From Octopus sinensis (lineage: Eukaryota): 64,000 bases of DNA. Below the pieces are notes generated by a model that did no database searches, had not been told where the DNA came from, and was given only the letters and a program-made list of their open reading frames with translations. Below are positions 24,690-37,298 of the stretch, piece after piece. A program made the position numbers and the translations under genes. Numbering within the stretch: the first letter of the stretch is position 1; the number at the start of each line of letters is the position of its first letter. The stretch lies in assembly GCF_006345805.1 (NCBI RefSeq), contig NC_043006.1, forward strand, positions 31,682,001 through 31,746,000, given 5' to 3'.

Positions 24690-25375
24690 ATAATTCCATA
24701 CGGTAAGCAGATCAAACCCAACCTCCCTTACCAGTTTCGTGAAGCTATAGATATGAGTTTCCCCAAAATTCAAGATACCATTCCATTATCAATTCACACC
24801 GAATTAGAATAAGGTTTTCAAACACCAAAAACATTTCACAAATCATCTCTTTGCATAACAATAAGTTGTTAAATACAAATCTATTTAATGAAAATAATAA
24901 CATTAATACTATTAACACTAACCATTCTTTGAACAATAATAACAACAATATTAATATTTCTGATATAAATTCGAATCATATTCCTTTCCTTAGTAGTAAT
25001 TCTAAGACTAGAAACTTTGTTTATCAATGTAAAATTACTTCTGGTTCTGATGTCTTTTTACTTAGGTTGTTCATCACCTCAGTTTTCGAAAATGATATCT
25101 AACCATTACTCTACATTTAGACGTATCAATAAATGCAACAATACTCAGCTTAATAAATTAATTTGGTCTCTAAGGAACATAATAAGCAATTTGATTTGGA
25201 ATGGAACATTCTCTCTAGATCCTTCCCGTATGATAAAGGTAAATCTTTTTGTCCGCTGTGTAACGAAGAACAATTCCTCATCCTGTTCTCGGAGATTTCT
25301 CTTGTAAACACGTTTAAAGGACTCGTTTATCGTTACAAACATTGGCAAAAACATACCTTTAGTTCCTATCAGTAA
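24690..25375 (+). pseudogene. Penelope-like element 3' part: linker plus GIY-YIG endonuclease
   Basis: Frameshifted fragments RFSNTKNISQIISLHNNKLL, RNFVYQCKITSGSDV, YLGCSS, STFRRINKCNNTQLNKLIWSL and EWNILSRSFPYDKGKSFCPLCNEEQFLIL, the typical PLE C-terminus. Confidence 0.88.
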
Positions 25376-25653
25376 TTTCGACCAATCTATAAAATTCGGC
25401 CTTTAACTGTCTTCTTACATATCATTTCCACTACATATATCTATTTCCATGCTTTTAAGCTTTATTCCCATTCATCTATCACACTATATTTCTCCACTCT
25501 TAGTTTTCTGTTAATTTCTTTCTTTCTCCTCCTTCTCTTTCTCTAAATTGCCTTTGACGTTAAATCTTTTAACAGTTTAGCGTTCCCCTTCATCATATAC
25601 GCGGTAATTACATTTGGTTAAAATAACTTATTGATGTGTTTGTTTCTCTTTTT

Positions 25654-25740
25654 CCCCCTGACGAGATGATTGCATTGTTTTACATCATTTTATTCCCTCC
25701 GGAATAATATCAATGTTTTCTTCGAAACATATGTCGGAAG
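25654..25740 (+). ncRNA. Hammerhead motif in the PLE 3' pseudo-LTR
   Basis: cccc-CTGACGA-gatgattgcattg...caatgttttcttc-GAAA-catatg-TC-ggaag. Palindromic ACATATGT stem III; weak stem I; cut predicted after 25735. Confidence 0.7.
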
Positions 25741-26733
25741 TATAAAGATTTGAATAACACCTGCGTTATATATATATATATATATAACACATGTATTCAT
25801 GTATGTATACTTTTCAAACTAGAACGGTAGGGTTTCGCCTGATGGCGTATTCAAAGTTTAAAGTCCCAATCAAAACGAATTTTATAACAAATTCCACTCA
25901 AATGAATCGCTTATCCTCCCATTAATAAATATTCTGTCGTTATTTTAAAACTTACAAATGTGTTTGCGTCAATGATTTCACTTAAATAATAGAATCAGTG
26001 AAATATTAGCTTCAAAATTTGACAGTAATTTCGGATGAAAGGGGTATATCTCTTATATCGATCCCACTTTTCAACTTATACTTGTGTTATCAACCCCGAA
26101 AGGATGAAAGGCAAAGACAACCTCGGTGGGATTTGAACCCAGAACGTAAAGACGGACGAAATAACGCTAAGCATTTTGTCCGGCTGCTAAGGATTCTGCC
26201 AGCTCGCAGCCTTTGAATTCTGGAAACATTAATTATAAATTTGATCTTTAATTTCTGACATGCGAATACTAAAAGCAACAGTAAGTTTTCCTCTGGAATG
26301 CCTCTGGTCATGGGTTTTCCAGAAAAATGGCCAATCGAAGCATATCAACAAATATATTAACATTGAGCAACTGCTTTCTTTTCAAGACATGCAATACTCA
26401 GAGAGAGGCACATACACACGTTCACGAATATACACATACACATGTACACATAAGTACATTCGCATACTAATACATACATTCCGACAAACACACGCACACA
26501 CATAAGCATATATATGTATGTATGTATATACAAGTGCAGTACATCCTCATTCTCTGATACCACTGAAGATCAGAAAAGTGCACCGCCATCACCACCAGCA
26601 CACCCACTGCTTTCATCACTACCACAACCACCAACAACAATAACAACTACAACTACAATTTATTTTTATTTTCCTCCTCCTCCTCTAGGAAGGGTTTTTT
26701 GTCTCCACTGAATAGACGGACAGAAAACACTAT

Positions 26734-26806
<73 letters not shown>

Positions 26807-27000
26807 TAAATACATCCACAACTACATAGGCACATACATACATAAATACATACATTCATATATGTGTGTGAGCATACATCATGTATACCATACATGACGT
26901 ACACTCTTGCATACATATATGCACATAAACACATGCATACTTAAACAGGCATACACATGCACATGCATAAACACACATCTATACGTAAGTGAAAAGCTGA

Positions 27001-27036
<36 letters not shown>

Positions 27037-27486
27037 AAACACAGCTAAACACACAAGTAAACGAAAATTTGCGAAAAAAAAACAAAAAAAACACAAAGAA
27101 ATGAAACGAGCAAAAGTGAAAGAGAGAGATTCTGTGTTTGAACGACCAGAAGTCTTATATTGTGACGTATTAAGGCGTTGACTGTTATTTATTTTATTAT
27201 TTCATAGTAATTTATATTATTGAATTATTTGTTTTATTTTATGTTTTACGGAGAACGAGATACTCAACTGTCTATATTTCGCCATTTGCTGTTGGAGATA
27301 GACAAGCATCAGTGGGAACTATCAACCTTTTCCTTTCTTTGCTTACGCACATATACACACACGCACACACCAAATCACACACACATAGAACTACACACTC
27401 ACCCGATTTGCTGTACTTAGACATAAATCTACACAAACACGCATAAATGCAAAGGCAGATAGATGGATATATAAGTATTTATATGA

Positions 27487-27499
<13 letters not shown>

Positions 27500-27517
<18 letters not shown>

Positions 27518-28526
27518 TGAGTATGTGTGTCTGTCTGTCTGTCTGTCTGTGTGTTTCCCTAAAACTTGAGAATTACACAACTAATTTCATTCAAATTTTA
27601 CACATGCCTTACTTAGGGTCATGTAGTTTCATGGGCAAAAAAAATGTTCAACTTCTTGCCTAGAGCGAGCCCATAACAATATCATATCTTCTCCACTATT
27701 TCAGTATTACGTGTTAAAAGTGAAACAAAAACATTTCTCTATTTTATGTCAGATACTTTCACTTTAACAATAAAAATAATAATAACAATTGAATTATATG
27801 TAGTAAGTAATAATTAAAATCAAACTAAAGTGTAATATAATCGTAACATAACAAAAGTAAAAATAGCAATTGGTATAATTTGCACCAATGACTTGAACTT
27901 GAATAAGTGGTTTCACATGAATGGGAATAAATTAAAAATAAAATTAGTGTGCAGAAATGGAATAGTCCAGATGGATAATAAAAAAATTAATTAAAGAAAA
28001 GACTATTGTCTATAAAGTATACAATGTAGAGAAAAAAGAAGATTTGAACACCTGGAGGAAAGCACCATCAAAAAGTGTCTTGGTGCGACTATGAAAGATA
28101 TCTAACCAGAGGTGGTAAATTCACCACAATAGAAGCAAGGTTCTAGTCAACGGAGCGTGCAAGGGAGTACTCGACTCGAACTTGCAAAGTGGAAATATTT
28201 TATTTTTACCTTTATATCTGGGACGTAGGACGTGCCGGATAAAAATTTAAAATGTTCTTCTTCCCCAGAATTTTTGTAGCCACACTTCTATACAAGCGGG
28301 AGGACAAGATACAATTGATCGAAATTGCAAGAGATGGGCTTACAATTCCAGTCTGTTATATATTTTGAGTATTGTTATCACTAGCGATATCAATATATAA
28401 CTTTGTATTTTGTATTTTATGTGTAGATGTATATATATATAGATGTACATGTAATATTACACATATATAAACACATATATACATGCATTAGCACTATGAC
28501 CCGGCAACGACGGGTCATAGTGCTAG
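27500..28526 (+). mobile_element. Non-autonomous Helitron
   Basis: 5' (ta)n-aaaactgagtatg followed by (GTCT)n. 3' perfect 15-bp hairpin tagcactatgacccg/cgggtcatagtgcta (28489-28525) ending in CTAG then T. The 5' boundary is approximate. Confidence 0.8.
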
Positions 28527-28692
28527 TATATATATATATGTATGTATATATATGTATATATATATACATATATATATATATACATATTTATATATATATA
28601 TATATACATACATATATATATAATATATATTATATTATATATACATATACATATATATGTATATATGTATGCATGTATGCATGCATGTTTGA

Positions 28693-28758
<66 letters not shown>

Positions 28759-29348
28759 GTGCGTATGTGGGTATGTATACTTATATATTTATATATGTAT
28801 GCGGCATGTATTCATGATTGTGTATGTTTATCTATATACATGTGTGTTCGTGTGTGTGTGTGTGTGTGTGTACAAAGTGATTATAATTATGGTTAAAAAT
28901 AGATGTTCTCAAATAAATAGCTAATGCAAGCATATTTATATATATACATATATAGATGTGTGCTCGTGTGTGAATTTGTTTGTGTGCGTGTGTGGATACA
29001 TAGGCTCGCATACATGTGTGTGTATGTGTGTGGATATGAAATATGCTCAAGAATGGTACAATCGAGGGTGAAATGCGAACTTGGTATGACTGATAGAACA
29101 GGTCAAATTCAGTTATTTGTGGAAAAACTAGTGCCCGCCTTCACTCTGAGAGTTATTGTAAATACTGGTGGAAGGAAACAGAGAGTGGGGGGAGAGAGAG
29201 ATAAATAGATACCTGGAATGACAGGTAGACAGACAAAATCATGTTGATTAAATTCATTTTAGGAAAGGTAAATCTTGAAGCAAATAAATTTATAAGTAAT
29301 AGCATATAAATAGTGTGTTAAGAACCCCCTTGAAAGAAAAAGTCGAAA

Positions 29349-29418
29349 GCTGCCCGTAGGACTCTAACCTACATCTCCTGTAAACATGACAGGCGTTCTA
29401 CTATTAGACCAAAGGAAC
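29349..29418 (-). pseudogene. tRNA-like remnant (tRNA pseudogene or SINE head)
   Basis: The minus strand reads ggtctaatagtagaacg-cctgt catgttt acagg-agatgtaggttagagtcctac: A/B-box-like with a 5-bp anticodon-like stem, but a non-canonical loop and poor acceptor stem. Confidence 0.4.
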
Positions 29419-30455
29419 GGAAATTCTCTATTTTAGAAACTTTATTTTTACCAGCGACAATCGTTTATTGTGGACATCTTAAGAATTTAGTTTTTTATTA
29501 AGTACATAACAAAAATTGCTTAAAGTAGTCTACGAAAGTGATTTTCAATCTTTTTCAACGCAACGCTCAATGGACACAGTGCTGAATGTGTTATGGCTCC
29601 CTTTGGGCTTTTTAAAAGTTTTAATGAATAAAACAACCAGCTGCATGTATTTGTGAACTGCGCCAACGTTATAAAGTAACTCCGAGCCCCCAGAAACAGC
29701 TGTCAGGCATGTTATAATCAGCGGGATTAACCATTTTTCTTATTTAATGATGACTAGAATTTATGTTCTCTTTATGATACATAGTGCATTTGATCGAACT
29801 CTATCTTTCTATTATAGCGTAACACCGCCTAACGGTTTAAATACTAGTCTTCATATTTTATTACACATCCAACTATTCACTTTAAAGAGAGAAGTCTTCA
29901 TACTTTTGATAACTGTTTTCGGTTCTTTCATTCTACACCGCAGAACAATTTCATTATCATGCTCCTAATTAATTCACTCTTAGAAATTGTATATATTACA
30001 TACATTAGATTTATTATAAATTTTACTTGATCGCTATTAAATTGGTGTTGCAGATATGTTTACATTTTAACTCACGTGACCTGAAATATGTTCAGATTAT
30101 GCCTTTGTTTTCTCCAGTATTTGCAGTCTACGCGCGAATACGTTTTGATAATTGTCTAGTGTATATCTATAAATTTATGTGTATGTGTACATATATACAT
30201 ATGCACATAAAAGCATATGAATGTATGTATGTATGTTGTATGTATGTATGTATGTATGTATGTGTGTGTGTGTATGTATGTATGTATGTATGTATGTATG
30301 TATGTGTGTGAGTGAGTGGGTGCATGCGTGCGGGTGGACGGACGGACCGGCGTGCGTGTGTGAGTAGGTGCGTGAGCTTCGGTTTCTGTTTTCTTCTTCG
30401 CTGTTTTCTGACTTCGCTGTCCCCACTGGAAGACAAAATCTGAATGGTTTCTCTC

Positions 30456-30492
<37 letters not shown>

Positions 30493-30505
30493 ATCTATCT
30501 ATCTA

Positions 30506-30563
<58 letters not shown>

Positions 30564-31859
30564 ACATGTAGCCACTTAGCTTTGTCTTGCACCACCAATC
30601 TCATTACCTTTCTCTCATTCACACAACTGGGGAATTGTTCGGGAATGCTTTCATGATGTCATAAGGACTTGTAGATCTATTCTCATCTGACTACGTTATT
30701 CTTCGCGATATGAGCACTCACAACCTGTCCAGTGTACTCCGAAGACAAGGAAAAGCCAAGGGGACAACGGCATTACAATATTCTTCACCTTATCCTAATT
30801 TTTTTCATCACCTATGTACTATGTACTATGAAACTCATGTACATCATGAGCTCATGTACATCAAACATGCTCGGCATGTTTGCTTGTTTTGTCCTCATTC
30901 AAGAATATTACACAAGCAGACTGATACATTTTAAATCGGCTGAGGTACTGTTCTTCCATATATAGGCGAGCATCTTGTAATTGTTACCTCCTTAGCACAA
31001 GGAAAGTAACCGTGTCTCTAACAAGACAGGTATACGTGATTTTTTGGTTGGTTTGTTTTTGCTCTCTGTATTAACGTGATAGGGAAGAATAACACTCACT
31101 TTGTTTAAAACAACTCTGCCAGACTGATATTCTTTGTGCTAACTCGCCCATATTCAATGTTTCTCTGATACTAGTGAAGCTGGAGAAAGAAGATATCGAC
31201 GACGAAGCGCGTGTGTGTATGATATGGTTATCACGTTTTTCGTTATCTCAATATTCCTTTCACATGTGTCCCGTTGTGACAAAGAAACTTTCTTTTTGCA
31301 TTTGGTTGGCTACAAATGTTTGTTTGTTGAATGACTTTCCTATTGACGATGCGGCGGGAGTATTCGTTGTTGCTACTACTACTGATGCAGCCGCTGCTGC
31401 TGCTACTGCTGCTGTTGGTTCCATTGTTTGCAAATCTTCGAAAAGAAAGACAAAGAATAAAAAAAACCCATCTTCCTCATATTTTGGTAAGAAACGAACC
31501 TCCAAAATGTTCGCAATGTTTTATTCCGTATTGAACCAACGGCAGAAATTATCCAGAATTTTCGATGTCAGAAGTAACCAGAAAAAACGTCTTTACAGGT
31601 TAGCAACAAATAGCAAGAGTAAACAATAGGGATGGTGATGACGATGAGGATGATGATGATGATGAGGGGATTTTTCCAAAAATAATAAAGAGCTCAATGG
31701 TTGGCTCAAGGGTCCAAGACGTTGAAATATACAGGGTCAAAATATAAACAAAAATATTTTTTTAAAAAACAGTCAGAAGCATGGAGTTATATGGAGGAAA
31801 AAATGTGAGATCAGGAATAGAAATACGTACATGCATGGGTGTATAAATACAAACACATG

Positions 31860-31890
<31 letters not shown>

Positions 31891-32696
31891 CTCTTAATAA
31901 ATAGCAATGTAGAATTACATGAATTGATCCACAAATAGAGAGACAAACACACAGGGTAATTTGAAGCACCATATATGCACACAGACAATACCGGCTTATC
32001 CTGACAACCCAAAACCCTTCTTCCAGTTCTTACCACCAACTGACGGCTACATATTTAGAACGATTTAGCTCTGCCACTTTCACTCACCATTCATAAAACT
32101 TGCTAAAAGGCAATACACCTCCCCCACTTTCTATCAATAATGGTGTCTTTTATTGTGACAAGGGCGATTGCATGGCGCATATTACAAGGATAAATTACGA
32201 GACGGTGAGTATTTACATGGAATATAATTGAATAAGTGTGCATGATAAACTTCTAATTATATCACCTCAAGCCCACTGCTTTATTTAACCGATTTCTGCG
32301 CTATTTTATCAAGCTATTTGAATATATGCCATTCCTCATAGACAATTCTTCTTCTATAAGACTTTATTTAGTCAGACATAAGTTCTATGTGTACTGTTGC
32401 CGACTGACCTGCCAAAGAAACCGGTCACAACTTTCAAGGTTCGTTTCACCTTGTCTGCATCTTACCTCTGCATCGCGAAGATATGTGTGTCGGTATGTGT
32501 GTGTGTGGCGGGGGGGGGTGTATGAAGAAATATATACATTTATGAATACACACACACACATACAAACGTACATTCATGCATACGTTAGAATATACATGCA
32601 TGGATACATAGCTACAGACATGCACATACATCAGGCACATATATAAATATACACACATACATACAAAAATTGTTTAATTTATAATGCCCTACTGTC

Positions 32697-32765
<69 letters not shown>

Positions 32766-32799
32766 CAGCAGCAGCAGCAATAGTAGTAGTTGTAGTAAG

Positions 32800-33000
32800 G
32801 CGGCGAGCTAGCAGAATCGTTAACGCGCTGGATGAAATGCTTAGCGGTATTTCGCCCATCACTACGTTCTGAGTTCAAATTCCGCCGAGGTCGACTTTGC
32901 CTTTCATCCTTTCGGGGTCGATAAATTAAGTACCAGTGAAACACTGGGGTCTATGTAATCGACTCAGCCCTACCTCCCCTAAGCTGCCCTTGTAGCAAAA
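32800..33000 (+). mobile_element. tRNA-derived SINE (family of 10554)
   Basis: ggcggcgagctagcagaatcgttaacg...gagttcaaattccgccgaggtcgactttgcctttcatcc. Confidence 0.8.
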
Positions 33001-33384
33001 ATTTTAAATAATAATTATCATCATCATCATCATCATCATCATCTTCATTTATGGCCGAATGGTTCAGAAGTTCGCTTCTCAATGACTAAGTCTCAACGGG
33101 GCACCTTGGCAAAGTCAACTCATGACTTGTGGATGAATTGGGACAAATATAAAGCTGTGCGGAAACACTCCAATGGTTTGTACCAGTTATACGATGGTGC
33201 TAGCTTGTCACACGAGATTCACATTAAGGTTAGGCATGTCTTACACGCTAATTCGGTGTGTTAGGTGGCCCCAGCTTTCCGAACAGAAACCTCACACAGT
33301 TCTATATTTAAGAGATAAGGAATTATTTACATTATTTACATTATTTACATTTAACGGATATTTGTCCTCATCTTGTTTGTTGTT

Positions 33385-33430
33385 AACACAACGTTTCGTC
33401 TGATATACCCTCCAGCCTTCATCAGGTGTC
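33385..33430 (-). ncRNA. Minimal hammerhead in the left arm
   Basis: The minus strand reads gacac-CTGATGA-a-ggctg gagggtatat cagac-GAAA-cg-TT-gtgtt, with one stem II mismatch. Confidence 0.65.
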
Positions 33431-33539
33431 TTGGGGAATTTTCGAATCTGAGTTCTCATTCCTAAGGTATTTGTCGATGTTATTATTTCGGGCATATGGC
33501 ATAGTGGTTAAGTTTCCCGAGTTCGATTCCAAGTGGTGA

Positions 33540-33604
<65 letters not shown>

Positions 33605-33671
33605 TAATAATAATAATAATAACATCGAAATATACCTTAGGAATGAGAACCCAGGTTCGAAATTTCCCCAA

Positions 33672-33717
33672 GACACCTGATGAAGGCTGGAGGGTATATC
33701 AGCCGAAACGTTGTGTT
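33672..33717 (+). ncRNA. Minimal (dimer-type) hammerhead in the right arm
   Basis: gacac-CTGATGA-a-ggctg gagggtatat cagcc-GAAA-cg-TT-gtgtt. Stem I 5 bp, stem II 5 bp, palindromic AACGTT in place of stem III; cut predicted after 33712. Confidence 0.8.
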
Positions 33718-34263
33718 AACAAGAAACAAGATGAGGACAAATATACGTCAAATGTAAACCATGTAAATAATGAAATCTCATAGTCGAAATTTCTGAAGAA
33801 GAGATTCTAACCGAATCGTCAAAACGTCAGAAAAGATCTATTGTTTGGTCTTTGTTCTGGTTCTATATTTTCCCGGTCCAAATCACATCGATTTCAGTTT
33901 TCCTCCAGGGAGTTGATAAAATAAAGTACGTTGGATAACTTTGTACTATCAGACACTCTATCTGAATGAAGAATGAGACGGTCATGGAAGGAACCGTTTC
34001 GGTGATAGAACACTGTTGGTGGTTAAACTGAGGCACTAAACTACATTGGCAACATACTTATCATCACTGCTTCTTCCATTCTACACTTCCAACTTCTCCT
34101 CTTCATCATCATTATCATCATCATCATCATCATCATCGACAGCAGCAACAGCATCAGTCAGCATCGTCTTGATTAACCATCATCATCATCATCATTATCG
34201 TTGTCATCCCCATCACTACACTCACCGACCGTCAGCATGGTGGCCACTATCATCATTATCATC

Positions 34264-34302
<39 letters not shown>

Positions 34303-34425
34303 GCCATATCATCATTATAATAATAATTACAATAGAGTTGAACTAAATACTTTCACAGAACCGGATGTACCCAGTACGCATCACCAACGATGGAATGTTT
34401 TTCGGTGGCTATTGTTTCTGTTGTC

Positions 34426-34458
<33 letters not shown>

Positions 34459-34890
34459 ATTGTTATTGTAGTTGTTGCTGATGTAGCTGTTTTTCTGCTG
34501 TTGTCAATGCCGTTATTGTTGTGGTCGCTGTTACAATACTTACTGTTTTACTGTTGTTTGTTGTTAGTTGTTGTTTTCAAAGATATTAATGCTCTTACTG
34601 TTATTGGTCTTCTTCTTCTTCTTCTTCTTCTTCATCTTCTTCTTCTTCTTCTTTTCTTCTTCTTCTCTTTTCTTCTACTTCTTTATTCTTCTTTCTCTTT
34701 ACTTCTTCTTTTCTTCTCATTATTATTATTATTATATTAGTATTATTATTATTATATTATTATTATTATATTATTATATTATTTCTGCTTTCGTTATTAT
34801 TGACGTGATCATTGTTGTTTGGTTTTGGGCAATGTTTTCTGTTGCTGTTGTTAATGTTGATAGTGTTTTCATTGTTTTCATCGGTGTTGT

Positions 34891-34924
<34 letters not shown>

Positions 34925-35532
34925 GAGGAGGAGGAGGAGGAGGAGGAGGGGGAGGGGGAGGAGGAGGTACAGCAGCAGCAGCAGGAGGTGGTGGTGGATT
35001 TATAGATGCTGTCGTTTGTCTGCTCTGTCATGTAAGGCAGCACACAGTCATTCTTAGACATTCTTAGTGCAATCCACAGAACCTCTGCTTCGACCATTGT
35101 CCATTCGTCATTTGATCGACGCACCAACAGCAATTCTATGATCTATTCTTCAAGCGTAGTGCATTTCAAACTACCGTATCCTCCCGTCCACTTCCCTGTT
35201 TAAATAAACGATAGCATGTATTTTCACGGATGTTTCGCTGCTATTTCTAACAAGTTGAGCGACCACTGAAATACTGCTTGCTCCTTTATATTGCATTAGA
35301 CTACGGCCATACTGGGGCACCGCCTTAGAGAATTCTTAACCAAACAAATCGACCCTGGTACTTTCATCGATTTTTTCCGAACGGCTAAGTTACTGGCACG
35401 TAAACCCACCAACACCGGTTGTCAAGCAATGGTAGACACACACACACACATTCACACACACATATATATATATAAAGTTAATCCAAACAAGAAAACAAAA
35501 AGACAACAACGCGAGGATGTGGAACAAATACA

Positions 35533-35591
<59 letters not shown>

Positions 35592-35593
35592 AT

Positions 35594-35630
<37 letters not shown>

Positions 35631-35823
35631 CATACATATTATATACTTAAGATCTTTTCTGTTTGGTTGCCAATTTTCATTCTCTTCAATTTCTGTTCGA
35701 ATTGATTTCATATTCGGTGTAATGATATGGTTTTATATGTTAATTACTGCTTTGAAATTCATTTTCGCAATAAATCAATCAATAAAAAGTTATTATCTAT
35801 TAAATTTTTAAATAATCGGTAAT

Positions 35824-35882
<59 letters not shown>

Positions 35883-35917
35883 CAAATGAAATCAAAAACA
35901 GAACACAAAGGATGTGT

Positions 35918-36010
35918 CGCGGTACACGTGTTTCAAGCTTTATAAACGACCTATTCTTACATCATTGTATAATCGACATAAAGTAGGGTTTAAAGCTCTC
36001 TTCAGCTGCG
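35918..36010 (-). ncRNA. Type I hammerhead motif (palindromic stem III)
   Basis: The minus strand reads cgcag-CTGAAGA-gagcttta...taaagctt-GAAA-cacgtg-TA-ccgcg. Stem II 8 bp, stem I 4/5 pairs; cut predicted between 35923 and 35922. Confidence 0.75.
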
Positions 36011-36183
36011 TGCAATTGCTATACCAAAGATTTACATCACAATATGAAAAATCCGAAAGGTACATTTGGTATTACCCATAATGATAGGTATATCGAGATT
36101 CACTGAGAAAGTATGTTTGTAAATCTTCATAACCAAATATATACACATGCATATATGGGTATATATATATATAGATGTAGGTA

Positions 36184-36283
36184 NNNNNNNNNNNNNNNNN
36201 NNNNNNNNNNNNNNNNNNNNNNNNNNNNNNNNNNNNNNNNNNNNNNNNNNNNNNNNNNNNNNNNNNNNNNNNNNNNNNNNNNN
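36184..36283. other. Assembly gap (100 N)
   Basis: Run of N. Confidence 1.
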
Positions 36284-36836
36284 TGTGTCGTGTTGTGACG
36301 TATGATCGTTTTTTACGTCCCATATATATACATCGACCCTATCAATAAAGGAACTTAGTTACCTGTTATTTGTGAATGTATGTGTACGAGAAAGAGCGAG
36401 AAACAGGGTGTGTGTGTGTGTGTGTGAGTGTGTGTGTGTGTGTGTGCAGATTTAATGAACAGATAAACACTTTGTACCGGCAATACTTGCAGAGATGGAG
36501 AATCGAAGATTGCGATAGTGCTGTCCCTACATCAATCTCAACATCTCTTGCTTGGTTCTGTCAACGATAAGCTCTTGATTGTTTAACATAGATTTCAAAA
36601 GAGTTCATATACAATCTGTACTGGCCATCGAGACGAGATAGCCTCGTGGACAATCTACAGATCTTTCTTTTCTCAAAGTAAGTAAACTATAATTTGATGT
36701 TTTTCTTTTGCTTATGATGGAAACGAATGGACGACAAACTTTGCAATCGACTATTGTCCTACAGTCACAATAACAAACAATTTTAACTCAGCAGAAGAGG
36801 CCAACCACACCAGTTACATCATCCAATTAGGGTCTC

Positions 36837-36867
<31 letters not shown>

Positions 36868-37265
36868 ACAAAAAGAAAATGTAGATTAAGAAGTTAATAA
36901 TTGTTTATTATCAACAGCAAATTGGTCATCTTCACTTCTTACAGCCGTTTCAATTAATGCTGGATAAACATTAAATTTACATTAATGTGACATGAGCATA
37001 ACATTATCAGAAAGAAAGAAGATGTACATTTGGATGTTACATGTGTGCTTATGAATTTATTTTAGCAGACTTAATGTAAATAACAAACAATTATTAACTT
37101 CCTAATCTCTATTTTCTTTTCTTCTTTTAAATGAATATAAACTATGTTTTTATATATAACTATTATTTTAAGGAAATTTATTCCCCCAAAATACTAGGAA
37201 TTGAACCAGTATTTCCTTGGAAGAAAGCATCTCTTCATGAGGAGTTTACACATCCCCTTATATAT

Positions 37266-37298
<33 letters not shown>

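Larger units (their letters stand above)
33298..33771. mobile_element. Palindromic element: inverted HHR-bearing arms around a tRNA-like head and (AAT)n
   Basis: Arms 33331-33487 and ~33615-33771 are reverse complements. The centre reads ggcatagtggttaag...gagttcgattcc. Degenerate 12-bp TSD gaaacctcacac / gaaatctcatag. Confidence 0.85.

Noticed and set aside
31174-31629. 151-aa ORF with a poly-Ala tract
   Set aside because: Built around (GCT/ACT)n, with no recognisable domain or splice support.
33955-34010. Minus-strand GAAAcggt...accgTC hairpin resembling HHR stem III
   Set aside because: The nearest core reads CTGATAG, stem II cannot form and stem I starts with a mismatch.
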